From the IMG/VR virus record IMGVR_UViG_2526164598_000014: DNA of 49,244 bases, one strand, 5' to 3'. Position numbers and translations under genes: made by a program. Numbering within the stretch: the first letter of the stretch is position 1; each line of letters starts with the position of its first letter. Below the pieces are notes generated by a model. That model ran no database searches, was not told where the DNA came from, and was given only the letters and a program-made list of their open reading frames with translations. Of this stretch, positions 9,265 through 17,880 are shown in pieces. This DNA is from a virus. Taxonomy: Duplodnaviria > Heunggongvirae > Uroviricota > Caudoviricetes.

Positions 9265-9630
9265 ATGATTGATGTCTTAGGACCGGAGAAACGCAGACGG
9301 CGTACTACACAGGAAAAGATCGCTATTGTTCAGCAGAGTTTTGAACCGGGAATGACGGTCTCCCTTGTTGCCCGGCAACACGGTGTGGCAGCCAGCCAGT
9401 TATTTCTCTGGCGCAAGCAATACCAGGAGGGAAGTCTTACTGCTGTGGCCGCAGGAGAGCAGGTCGTTCCTGCCTCTGAACTTGCTGCTGCCATGAAGCA
9501 GATTAAAGAACTCCAGCGCCTGCTCGGCAAAAAAACGATGGAAAATGAACTCCTTAAAGAAGCCGTTGAATACGGGCGTGCAAAAAAGTGGATAGCGCAC
9601 GCGCCCTTATTGCCCGGGGATGGGGAGTAA
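9265..9630 (+). CDS. insC: IS2 InsC (orfA, HTH transposase N-terminal protein)
   Basis: [41 protein letters not shown]... matches IS2 InsC as recalled. Confidence 0.9.
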
Positions 9631-10493
9631 GCTTAGTCAGCCGTTGTCTCCGGGTGTCGCGTGCGCAGTTGCACGTAATTCTCAGACGAACCGATGACTG
9701 GAAAGATGGTCGCCGCAGCCGTCACTCAGATGATACGGATGTGCTTCTCCGTATACACCATGTTATCGGAGAGCTGCCCACGTATGGTTATCGTCGGGTA
9801 TGGGCGCTGCTTCGCAGACAGGCCGAACTTGATGGTATGCCTGCGATCAATGCCAAACGTGTTTACCGGATCATGCGCCAGAATGCGCTGTTGCTTGAGC
9901 GAAAAACCGCTGTACCGCCATCGAAACGGGCACATACTGGCAAAGTGGCCGTGAAAGAAAGCAATCAACGATGGTGCTCTGACGGGTTCGAGTTCCGCTG
10001 TGATAACGGAGAAAAACTGCGAGTCACGTTCGCGCTGGACTGCTGTGACCGTGAGGCACTGCACTGGGCAGTCACTACGGGCGGCTTCGACAGTGAAACA
10101 GTACAGGACGTAATGCTGGGAGCGGTGGAACGCCGCTTCGGCAACGAGCTTCCGGCGTCTCCAGTAGAGTGGCTGACGGATAATGGTTCATGCTACCGGG
10201 CTAATGAAACACGGCAGTTTGCCCGGATGTTGGGGCTTGAACCGAAGAACACGGCGGTGCGGAGTCCGGAGAGTAACGGCATAGCAGAGAGCTTCGTGAA
10301 AACGATAAAGCGTGACTACATCAGTATCATGCCTAAACCAGACGGGTTAACGGCAGCAAAGAACCTTGCAGAGGCGTTCGAGCATTATAACGAATGGCAT
10401 CCGCATAGTGCACTGGGTTATCGCTCGCCACGGGAATATCTGCGGCAGCAGGCCAGTAATGGGTTAAGTGATAACAGGTGTCTGGAAATATAG
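9588..10493 (+). CDS. insD: IS2 InsD (orfB, DDE transposase catalytic part)
   Basis: 301-aa ORF matching IS2 InsD as recalled; overlaps insC in -1 frame as expected for the fusion transposase. Confidence 0.9.
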
Positions 10494-10668
10494 GGGCAAA
10501 TCCACTCTTCAAATTCTTCTTCCATATATCACCTTAAATAGTGGATTGCGGTAGTAAAGATTGTGCCTGTCTTTTAACCACATCAGGCTCGGTGGTTCTC
10601 GTGTACCCCTACAGCGAGAAATCGGATAAACTCTATTCACCCCTACAGAGAGCAAAAGAGAAACGCCG

Positions 10669-11250
10669 ATGAACAACTCATGGTGGCAGGAACTAATGCA
10701 TTTTTTCCTGCAAGGAATGACACTTAAACAGTTGATTCATATGCTAATCATCCTGATCATATTGATTATTGTTATGCCGGTAAGCGTAAAAGAATGGATA
10801 AACCTGCATAATCCAGAAATCCTTCCTTATTATTGGATGTATTACATCCTGTTGTTCTGCGTTAGCTATGTGCTTAACGGTGTTGTTAATTCCGCTTATC
10901 ACGCTGTGACTGAAAGAATTGAGGTATCCGCTGCTCAGAAGCGCAAATCTAAAGAAGAAAAATATGTGCAAGATTTGTTTGATTCGTTAACTCTTGGAGA
11001 AAGAGCGTATTTGGCATTCGCTGTAGCCGCGAATAACCAGCTAAAGACAGAAAAGGGAAGCCCTGAAGCAATCTCATTGCTCGAAAAAGGGCTTCTTATT
11101 CGGATACCTTCTGCTACTGGATATCCTGAAATCGACCGTTTTGTTATCCCGGAACGCTATAGAAATGAGTGCTACATTCGGTTTGCCGGGAAGGCAGACA
11201 GCCTTATGGATGAACTTATCGCTCAGGATAAGCATGGCAAAAACAAGTAA
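10669..11250 (+). CDS. sieB: SieB-like superinfection exclusion membrane protein, 193 aa
   Basis: Rightward gene embedded antisense in pL operon between ral and N as in lambda; two hydrophobic segments; AT-rich. Confidence 0.6.
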   Translation: MNNSWWQELMHFFLQGMTLKQLIHMLIILIILIIVMPVSVKEWINLHNPEILPYYWMYYILLFCVSYVLNGVVNSAYHAVTERIEVSAAQKRKSKEEKYVQDLFDSLTLGERAYLAFAVAANNQLKTEKGSPEAISLLEKGLLIRIPSATGYPEIDRFVIPERYRNECYIRFAGKADSLMDELIAQDKHGKNK

Positions 11251-11266
11251 TTAGCAAATGAATTTA

Positions 11267-11539
11267 TCATCTCGCCGTCAGTTGTTTTGATTTCCGGTAG
11301 CCTGCCGCGTAAAGAGCTACGTTCGGAAGACAAGTTGAACCTTCATATTTTCTGGTCAACGTTGTCAGAGTTATCACTTCTGCTCTCATTGCTGGTTTGC
11401 GCTTGCATTGCAAGACCACTCGTGAAGGGGTTGGCCTGTGTAGCTTGTCGGAGCTGATCGCCTCCTGACTTTGCAGATTTGCGCGACGAGCTCTACGGCG
11501 AGAAGCTGCGGTGCCTTTAAATTCTGTTTTTCTGGACAT
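11267..11539 (-). CDS. N: N-type transcription antiterminator, non-lambda allele, 90 aa from ATG 11537-11539
   Basis: Arginine-rich motif near N-terminus (TAASRRRARRANLQ), strong RBS GGGAGG 5 nt upstream, position right of pL/nutL; longer 114-aa ORF in track lacks RBS. Confidence 0.7.
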   Translation of the reverse strand: MSRKTEFKGTAASRRRARRANLQSQEAISSDKLHRPTPSRVVLQCKRKPAMRAEVITLTTLTRKYEGSTCLPNVALYAAGYRKSKQLTAR

Positions 11540-11564
11540 GGATTCCTCCCGAATAAACTTTGGC

Positions 11565-11612
11565 GATGCAATCTCGAAGCTCCTCCTGAGACGATTGCTT
11601 CGGCATTGCATC
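11565..11612 (-). promoter_or_regulatory. Long inverted repeat in N leader (GATGCAAT...ATTGCATC with inner GCTTCG/CGAAGC)
   Basis: Perfect 8-bp outer stem and inner stem read from sequence, 26 nt upstream of N start; analogous in position to the lambda N-leader structure. Confidence 0.4.
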
Positions 11613-11637
11613 CCACAGCTTATGTGGTTGGGTGATC

Positions 11638-11684
11638 TGGCTTTTCAGCCACGTAGTCGAGAGTCGACGTTGTTTAAAGAGCCT
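11638..11684 (-). promoter_or_regulatory. nutL: Putative nutL (boxA-like GGCTCTTTA and boxB hairpin TGGCT-GAAA-AGCCA)
   Basis: On the reverse strand, boxA-like element followed about 25 nt later by a 5-bp stem with GAAA-type loop. Confidence 0.45.
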
Positions 11685-11945
11685 GCCAGTCTGTTCCATT
11701 TGGCTTCCAGCGTCCTGCTGACGGTTAAATAGTACGATATGTACTTTACAAGATCAATACAATTTGTTGTAAGTTGGCGTGGTTTTTTATAACGCTTTGT
11801 ATTTAATAGTGTTGTTTTTTAGCGTGGATGTATTGCCTCGGCGATGTAAGGAGAGATCAGAATTGCGTGGTTTAGTGGGTTGCATCTATTTATTTTTCAA
11901 TAAATACAATTGGTTATGTGTTTTTAGGTGGGGCGATCGTGAGGC

Positions 11946-11977
11946 AAAGAAAACCCGGCGCTGAGGCCGGGTTTTTC
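11946..11977. terminator. Bidirectional intrinsic terminator closing the cI-proximal operon (tImm-like)
   Basis: Hairpin CCCGGC-GCTGAG-GCCGGG at 11954-11971 flanked by A-run and T-run; directly after stop of 258-aa gene. Confidence 0.65.
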
Positions 11978-12753
11978 TAGGCTACCAGAGACTCAATCCA
12001 AGAGTCTCTGGTATGGAATGGCAACACTCGTGCGGTATCATTAAATAGTAGTGATAGTTGCTGTAGCTCAGGTGTTAACCCATCGCTGTCAACTATTACA
12101 AATCTATTGTTTATGTCAGGAACGACCTGACTTAAGTCAACAATCTTCCCAACTGTTGAGTGGGCAGTATTCCATCCCTTACTGCTGGCAAGGCTTACCG
12201 TAAACCCGCGTTTTGGTGGTATTAGTCGAGACTCATTCCTTAGCGTTAACGGAACAGTAATGTTATGCCCACTAATACCTTTCACTTTTTCCTTTAAGGC
12301 TAGTCGCTTCCCAAGCCCTGCTGATTTTAAGTAACTGATTACACATTTTTCGAACTTATCGTCTTTGACCTCAGCATACCAATCAGCAGTTTGGGCGGAT
12401 GCAAGAATCCCACCACGAATAACATTTGCAGTTACCTGTCCAACGGACGACTCATCTGCCCACGCAGATATCTCTCCAGAATCATTTAATGAAATTCCTT
12501 GCGAAGCGAGTGATGACCTAATCAGATCAATTTTCTTTTTAGTCAGGTGGATGCCGCGTGATTCAATATTCATCAATGTATCGCAGTAGTCTGTAACCCT
12601 ATACTGACCACTCATCTCTTGAACGAATACACTTATCTGCTCACAATCATCGTAGTATGTGAAGGGACTAATAACGCGCAGCAACGTGTCGCTCATTGGG
12701 TGGCATTCAAACCCGAGCTTAGATATGACTGTTGAACACGTTACATTTCCCAT
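11977..12753 (-). CDS. Hypothetical protein, 258 aa, second gene of operon in the rexAB slot
   Basis: ATG at 12751-12753; overlaps upstream 180-aa gene by 13 nt; AT-rich; no motif I can recognise. Confidence 0.7.
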   Translation of the reverse strand: MGNVTCSTVISKLGFECHPMSDTLLRVISPFTYYDDCEQISVFVQEMSGQYRVTDYCDTLMNIESRGIHLTKKKIDLIRSSLASQGISLNDSGEISAWADESSVGQVTANVIRGGILASAQTADWYAEVKDDKFEKCVISYLKSAGLGKRLALKEKVKGISGHNITVPLTLRNESRLIPPKRGFTVSLASSKGWNTAHSTVGKIVDLSQVVPDINNRFVIVDSDGLTPELQQLSLLFNDTARVLPFHTRDSWIESLVA

Positions 12754-13283
12754 GATAGCTGACCTGATTTATCTTGATTAGGTAAAGGTGGGCTGCCTTC
12801 ATATATGATATTAAGCGCCTCGCAAAAATAATTCCAGTAGCCAAAAAAATCATCTGGCTTGATGTTCGTTTCAAGCTTAAGTGCAATTTCTTCCCCAGCT
12901 GATTCGAAGTACATGTGATAGTGAGGACCTCGAGCCACCTCAACAAAATCTGGATGGTTCACTATAGATTTATTACGGTGTGGCTTGTTATCCGCAGGGT
13001 ACGGGTCAAGCGCGTAAATGCGCCTGTCATGAAGAAACATCACAAATGAAATCTTCACTATATCCACCCCTTCAACGATAGGAGGACGCCAGTGAAGCAT
13101 AAATCTTATGCCTGTGATTGGGTTGCCAATTTCATCAAAAGCTTTGAGATCCAATTTAAACCAGATTGGGGTTCGTCCCTCACTTCCGGTCCATGTAACT
13201 CCGCTAAAAGTTACTTTTTTCAAGCGAGTAATAGCTTGGTCAACCTCTTTCTGGGTAGGCTTAAAGTCGCCTTTTTTAGCCAC
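12741..13283 (-). CDS. Hypothetical protein, 180 aa, first gene of operon in the rexAB slot
   Basis: GTG at 13281-13283 (first in-frame ATG only at codon 62); 46 bp downstream of cI stop; no motif I can recognise. Confidence 0.6.
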   Translation of the reverse strand: MAKKGDFKPTQKEVDQAITRLKKVTFSGVTWTGSEGRTPIWFKLDLKAFDEIGNPITGIRFMLHWRPPIVEGVDIVKISFVMFLHDRRIYALDPYPADNKPHRNKSIVNHPDFVEVARGPHYHMYFESAGEEIALKLETNIKPDDFFGYWNYFCEALNIIYEGSPPLPNQDKSGQLSWEM

Positions 13284-13329
13284 TGATTCGTATCACCATG
13301 AAAGTTATTGTTAATACCTGTGCTTCTTG

Positions 13330-13983
13330 TCACCCAAACGTCTCTTCAGGCCACTGACTAGCGATAACTTTCCCCACAACGGAACAACTCTCATTGCATG
13401 GGATCATTGGGTATTGTGGGTTTAGTGGCTGTAGAAACACCTGACCGCTATCCCTGATCAGTTTCTTGAAGGTAAACTCATCACCACCAAGTCTGGCTAT
13501 ACAGAAATCGCCTGGCTCAACAGCCTGCTCAGGGTCAACCAGAATTAACATCCCGTCAGGAAAGCTGGGCTTGGAACCTGTTGGTGCGGTCATTGAGTTA
13601 CCTTCAACCTCAAGCCAGAATGCAGAGTCACTGGCTTTTTTGGTTGTGCTTACCAATCTCTCCGCATCGCCTTTGGTAAAGGTTCTGAGTTCTGGAGAGA
13701 ACATCCCAGCCTGAACATGAGAAAAAACAGGGTACTCATATTGTTTTTTAACTGGGGCCGATGAGTATTCGCCAACAGGTGAAAATGTCCCGTCGTGGTT
13801 GAATGATATGTTATCAATACCAAGGTATTTAAACACCACACCAATATCACTAAGAGATGGATGACGAGATCCGCGCAACCAGTGTCCAATCCCACCCTGC
13901 GTCATACCTAGCTCTTCGGCTAACTTCTCTTGAGTTATGCCGAGCTCTTTCATTCTGGATCTAGCCAGTTCATACCATTTCAT
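13330..13983 (-). CDS. cI: CI-type repressor (N-terminal HTH, C-terminal LexA-like S24 autopeptidase domain)
   Basis: HTH segment ([20 protein letters not shown]) and C-terminal domain with GNSM and K motifs; divergent from cro across an operator region; start taken at MKWYEL (ATG 13981-13983) with AAGGA 7 nt upstream, alternative ATG at 13987-13989. Confidence 0.85.
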   Translation of the reverse strand: MKWYELARSRMKELGITQEKLAEELGMTQGGIGHWLRGSRHPSLSDIGVVFKYLGIDNISFNHDGTFSPVGEYSSAPVKKQYEYPVFSHVQAGMFSPELRTFTKGDAERLVSTTKKASDSAFWLEVEGNSMTAPTGSKPSFPDGMLILVDPEQAVEPGDFCIARLGGDEFTFKKLIRDSGQVFLQPLNPQYPMIPCNESCSVVGKVIASQWPEETFG

Positions 13984-13989
13984 TTTCAT

Positions 13990-14099
13990 GTCCTTATTAT
14001 TACGCTTTGTACTGGAACCATCCATGCACAATGTGTATTTTTACTTGTATTCGTAAAGTACATATTGTATTTTTTATTCGTGTTTACTATGGAGGGCAT
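13990..14099. promoter_or_regulatory. OR region: divergent pRM/pR promoters and operators between cI and cro
   Basis: 110-bp AT-rich spacer with repeated TACA-N3-TGTA / TACAA-N-TTGTA palindromes (e.g. GTAAAGTACATATTGTA). Confidence 0.55.
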
Positions 14100-14315
14100 A
14101 TGAGCAACCTACGAAAATATCGAGAGTCACTGAATATCTCTCAAACAACACTTGCTAAGGCAGTTGGATGCACACAGGGAGCTATCGGACATTGGGAATC
14201 TGGTCGTCGCTTCCCAGACCTTAAAACATGCCGTGCTCTTGTTGCGTGCCTAAACAAGTTAGGCGCAAAAGTCAGTCTTGATGACGTGTTCCCGCCGGAA
14301 CACAAAGCCGCTTAA
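14100..14315 (+). CDS. cro: Cro-type HTH repressor, 71 aa
   Basis: ATG at 14100 preceded by GGAGGG; HTH (ISQTTLAKAVGCTQGAIGHWESG); longer TTG-start ORF in track is an artefact. Confidence 0.8.
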   Translation: MSNLRKYRESLNISQTTLAKAVGCTQGAIGHWESGRRFPDLKTCRALVACLNKLGAKVSLDDVFPPEHKAA

Positions 14316-14325
14316 TAAGCGGATC

Positions 14326-14371
14326 CGCTCTTTGTAACAACGGACATTCGTCCTACGTCGCTGAAAAGCGA
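14326..14371 (+). promoter_or_regulatory. nutR: Putative nutR (boxA CGCTCTTT and boxB hairpin TCGCT-GAAA-AGCGA)
   Basis: boxA-like octamer at 14326-14333 and GAAA-loop hairpin at 14358-14371, between cro and cII. Confidence 0.5.
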
Positions 14372-14456
14372 GTTCCAAGATATCTGACCAACTAAGGCCA
14401 TATGCGTTTCCACGCATACCTTTCAACTAACTATTCACTATTGGAAATCTTAAGAA

Positions 14457-14753
14457 ATGGAAAGAACAAGTTACAGCAAACTATCACAGCGTGACGTTGA
14501 TCGCGCAGAAACAGATTTACTTATCAATCTGTCAGCTATTACCCAGCGCGGTCTGGCAAAGATGATTGGCTGTCATGAATCGAAGATAAGCAGAACGGAC
14601 TGGAGATTTATTGCTTCGGTCTTGTGTGCTTTCGGAATGGCATCAGACATCAGTCCGATTAGCAGGGCTTTTAAGTATGCGCTTGATGGACTCACCAATA
14701 AAAAACGCCCGGCGGCAACCGAGCGTTCTGAACAAATCCAGATGGAGTTCTGA
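14457..14753 (+). CDS. cII: CII transcriptional activator
   Basis: 98-aa ORF; C-terminal half matches lambda CII as recalled (…LTNKKRPAATERSEQIQMEF). Confidence 0.9.
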   Translation: MERTSYSKLSQRDVDRAETDLLINLSAITQRGLAKMIGCHESKISRTDWRFIASVLCAFGMASDISPISRAFKYALDGLTNKKRPAATERSEQIQMEF

Positions 14754-14775
14754 GGTCATTACTGGATCTATCAAC
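14697..14775 (-). ncRNA. oop: oop antisense RNA
   Basis: Reverse strand matches lambda oop (GTTGATAGATCCAGTAATGACCTCAGAACTCCATCTGGATTTGTTCAGAACGCTCGGTTGCCGCCGGGCGTTTTTTATT) including its terminator. Confidence 0.8.
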
Positions 14776-14785
14776 AGGAGTCATT

Positions 14786-15684
14786 ATGACAAATACAGCA
14801 AAAATACTCAACTTCGGCAGAGGTAACTTTGCCGGACAGGAGCGTAATGTGGCAGATCTCGATGATGGTTACGCCAGACTATCAAATATGCTGCTTGAGG
14901 CTTATTCGGGCGCAGATCTGACCAAGCGACAGTTTAAAGTGCTGCTTGCCATTCTGCGTAAAACCTATGGGTGGAATAAACCAATGGACAGAATCACCGA
15001 TTCTCAACTTAGCGAGATTACAAAGTTACCTGTCAAACGGTGCAATGAAGCCAAGTTAGAACTCGTCAGAATGAATATTATCAAGCAGCAAGGCGGCATG
15101 TTTGGACCAAATAAAAACATCTCAGAATGGTGTATCCCTCAAAACGAGGGAAAATCCCCTAAAACGAGGGATAAAACATCCCTCAAATTGGGGGATTGCT
15201 ATCCCTCAAAACAGGGGGACACAAAAGACACTATTACAAAAGAAAAAGAAAAGATTATTCGTCCGAGAATTCTGGCGAATCCTCTGACCAGCCAGAAAAC
15301 GACCTTTCTGTGGTGAAACCGGATGCTGCAATTCAGAGCGGCAGCAAGTGGGGGACAGCAGAAGACCTGACCGCCGCAGAGTGGATGTTTGACATGGTGA
15401 AGACCATCGCGCCATCAGCCAGAAAACCGAATTTTGCAGGGTGGGCTAACGATATCCGCCTGATGCGTGAACGTGACGGACGTAACCACCGCGACATGTG
15501 CGTGCTGTTCCGCTGGGCATGCCAGGACAACTTCTGGTCCGGTAACGTGCTTAGCCCGGCCAAACTCCGCGACAAGTGGACCCAGCTCGAAATCAACCGT
15601 AACAAGCAACAGGCAGTCGTGACAGCCAGCAAACCAAAACTCGACCTGACAAACACAGACTGGATTTACGGGGTGGATCTATGA
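14786..15684 (+). pseudogene. O: Lambda O replication initiator, frameshifted (1-nt deletion in A-tract around 15238-15253)
   Basis: N-terminal 150 aa in frame 1 (ends 15316) and lambda-O C-terminal 140 aa in the next frame (to 15684); total span 899 nt, one short of 900. Confidence 0.85.
15134..15219. repeat. ori: ori-lambda iterons (four ~18-bp O-binding repeats ATCCCTCAAAACGAGGGA and variants)
   Basis: Four tandem near-palindromic repeats inside O, followed by the AT-rich tract. Confidence 0.85.
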
Positions 15685-16382
15685 AAAACATCGCCGCACA
15701 GATGGTTAACTTTGACCGTGAGCAGATGCGTCGGATCGCCAACAACATGCCGGAACAGTACGACGAAAAGCCGCAGGTACAGCAGGTAGCGCAGATCATC
15801 AACGGTGTGTTCAGCCAGTTACTGGCAACTTTCCCGGCGAGTCTGGCTAACCGTGACCAGAACGAACTGAACGAAATCCGCCGCCAGTGGGTTCTGGCTT
15901 TCCGGGAAAACGGGATCACCACAATGGAACAGGTTAACGCAGGAATGCGCGTAGCCCGTCGGCAGAATCGACCATTTCTGCCATCACCCGGGCAGTTTGT
16001 TGCATGGTGCCGGGAAGAAGCATCCGTTATCGCCGGACTGCCAAACGTCAGCGAGCTGGTTGATATGGTTTACGAGTATTGCCGGAAGCGAGGCCTGTAT
16101 CCGGATGCGGAGTCTTATCCGTGGAAATCAAACGCGCACTACTGGCTGGTTACCAACCTGTATCAGAACATGCGGGCCAATGCGCTTACTGATGCGGAAT
16201 TACGCCGTAAGGCCGCAGATGAGCTTGTCCATATGACTGCGAGAATTAACCGTGGTGAGGCGATCCCTGAACCAGTAAAACAACTTCCTGTCATGGGCGG
16301 TAGACCTCTAAATCGTGCACAGGCTCTGGCGAAGATCGCAGAAATCAAAGCTAAGTTCGGACTGAAAGGAGCAAGTGTATGA
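15681..16382 (+). CDS. P: Lambda P replication protein (helicase loader)
   Basis: 233-aa ORF matching lambda P as recalled. Confidence 0.95.
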   Translation: MKNIAAQMVNFDREQMRRIANNMPEQYDEKPQVQQVAQIINGVFSQLLATFPASLANRDQNELNEIRRQWVLAFRENGITTMEQVNAGMRVARRQNRPFLPSPGQFVAWCREEASVIAGLPNVSELVDMVYEYCRKRGLYPDAESYPWKSNAHYWLVTNLYQNMRANALTDAELRRKAADELVHMTARINRGEAIPEPVKQLPVMGGRPLNRAQALAKIAEIKAKFGLKGASV

Positions 16383-16669
16383 CGGGCAAAGAGGCAATTA
16401 TTCATTACCTGGGGACGCATAATAGCTTCTGTGCGCCGGACGTTGCCGCGCTAACAGGCGCAACAGTAACCAGCATAAATCAGGCCGCGGCTAAAATGGC
16501 ACGGGCAGGTCTTCTGGTTATCGAAGGTAAGGTCTGGCGAACGGTGTATTACCGGTTTGCTACCAGGGAAGAACGGGAAGGAAAGATGAGCACGAACCTG
16601 ATTTTTAAGGAGTGTCGCCAGAGTGCCGCGATGAAACGGGTATTGGCGGTATATGGAGTTAAAAGATGA
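16379..16669 (+). CDS. ren: Lambda Ren
   Basis: 96-aa ORF matching lambda Ren as recalled. Confidence 0.9.
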   Translation: MTGKEAIIHYLGTHNSFCAPDVAALTGATVTSINQAAAKMARAGLLVIEGKVWRTVYYRFATREEREGKMSTNLIFKECRQSAAMKRVLAVYGVKR

Positions 16670-16742
16670 CCATCTACATCACTGAGCTAATAACAGGCCT
16701 GCTGGTAATCGCAGGCCTTTTTATTTGGGGGAGAGGGAAGTC

Positions 16743-17183
16743 ATGAAAAAACTAACCTTTGAAATTCGATCTCCAGCACATCAGCAAAACGCTATTCACG
16801 CAGTACAGCAAATTCTTCCAGACCCAACCAAACCAATCGTAGTAACCATTCAGGAACGCAACCGCAGCTTAGACCAAAACCGAAAGCTTTGGGCTTGCCT
16901 TGGTGACGTTTCGCGTCAGGTTGAATGGCATGGTCGCTGGCTGGATGCAGAAAGCTGGAAGTGTGTGTTTACCGCAGCATTAAAGCAGCAGGACGTTGTT
17001 CCTAACCTTGCCGGGAATGGCTTTGTGGTAATAGGACAGTCAACCAGCAGGATGCGTGTAAGCGAATTTGCGGAGCTATTAGAGCTTATACAGGCATTCG
17101 GTACAGAACGTGGCGTTAAGTGGTCAGACGAAGCGCAACTGGCTCTCGAATGGAAAGCGCGATGGGGAGATCGGGCTGCATGA
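16743..17183 (+). CDS. ninB: NinB (Orf) recombination mediator, 146 aa
   Basis: Starts MKKLTFEIRSPAHQQNAIHAVQQILPDPTKP as lambda NinB. Confidence 0.9.
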   Translation: MKKLTFEIRSPAHQQNAIHAVQQILPDPTKPIVVTIQERNRSLDQNRKLWACLGDVSRQVEWHGRWLDAESWKCVFTAALKQQDVVPNLAGNGFVVIGQSTSRMRVSEFAELLELIQAFGTERGVKWSDEAQLALEWKARWGDRAA

Positions 17184-17707
17184 CTATCAAATCAAATACG
17201 CCAGCACACGACAAGGACTGCTGGCAAACTCCGCTTTGGCTTTTTGATGCACTGGATATTGAGTTTGGATTCTGGCTGGATTCGGCAGCGAGCGACAAAA
17301 ATGCTCTGTGCGCTCACTGGCTAACTGAGGCCGACGACGCGCTCAATTCTGAGTGGGTAAGCCAGGGTGCAATCTGGAATAACCCACCGTACAGCAATAT
17401 CAGGCCGTGGGTGGAAAAAGCCGCTGAGCAGTGCATACAACAGCGACAGACGGTAGTGATGCTTGTGCCAGAGGATATGTCTGTCGGATGGTTCAGCAAG
17501 GCTCTGGAGAGTGTTGACGAAGTTCGTATTATCACTGATGGACGGATTAATTTTATCGAACCATCGACAGGGCTGGAGAAGAAGGGAAACAGCAAAGGTT
17601 CCATGCTGCTGATTTGGCGACCGTTCATCAGTCCTCGACGGATGTTTACTACCGTATCCAAAGCGGCATTGATGGCGATCGGGCAGGGCGTCAGGAGGGC
17701 TGCATGA
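17180..17707 (+). CDS. Phage DNA N6-adenine methyltransferase (Dam-like), 175 aa
   Basis: NPPY catalytic motif ([10 protein letters not shown]); ATG overlaps ninB stop (ATGA); occupies the ninC/ninD slot. Confidence 0.75.
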   Translation: MTIKSNTPAHDKDCWQTPLWLFDALDIEFGFWLDSAASDKNALCAHWLTEADDALNSEWVSQGAIWNNPPYSNIRPWVEKAAEQCIQQRQTVVMLVPEDMSVGWFSKALESVDEVRIITDGRINFIEPSTGLEKKGNSKGSMLLIWRPFISPRRMFTTVSKAALMAIGQGVRRAA

Positions 17708-17880
17708 GACGACAGCGGCGAAGTTTCACCGACATCATCTGCGAAAACTGCAAATACCTTCCAACGAAACGCTCCAGAAATAAACGCAAGCCAATCCCAA
17801 AAGAATCTGACGTAAAAACCTTCAACTACACGGCTCACCTGTGGGATATCCGGTGGCTAAGACATCGTGCGAGGAAATGA
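17704..17880 (+). CDS. ninE: NinE, 58 aa
   Basis: [51 protein letters not shown] matches NinE as recalled; ATG overlaps dam stop. Confidence 0.85.
   Translation: MRRQRRSFTDIICENCKYLPTKRSRNKRKPIPKESDVKTFNYTAHLWDIRWLRHRARK

Larger units (their letters stand above)
9174..10504 (+). mobile_element. IS2: IS2 insertion sequence (1331 bp) with 5-bp target duplication CTCTT
   Basis: Left end TAGACTGGCCCCCTGAATCTCC, right end ...ATATAGGGGCAAATCCA; direct repeat CTCTT at 9169-9173 and 10505-10509; encodes InsC and InsD. Confidence 0.95.

Noticed and set aside
9726-10064. ORFs on the reverse strand inside IS2
   Set aside because: Antisense to the IS2 transposase genes; IS2 coding capacity is fully explained by insC/insD.
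15134-15219. Short tandem repeats that could be mistaken for a CRISPR array or other repeat element
   Set aside because: These are the four ori-lambda iterons inside the O gene; no spacers, and the flanking context is the replication origin.
14786-15684. Possibility that O, and likewise J at 43810-43813, are intact and only appear frameshifted
   Set aside because: Not rejected outright: both breaks are single-base changes in homopolymers, which is also the signature of sequencing error. I annotate them as pseudogenes because that is what the given sequence encodes, but cannot distinguish the two explanations without reads.
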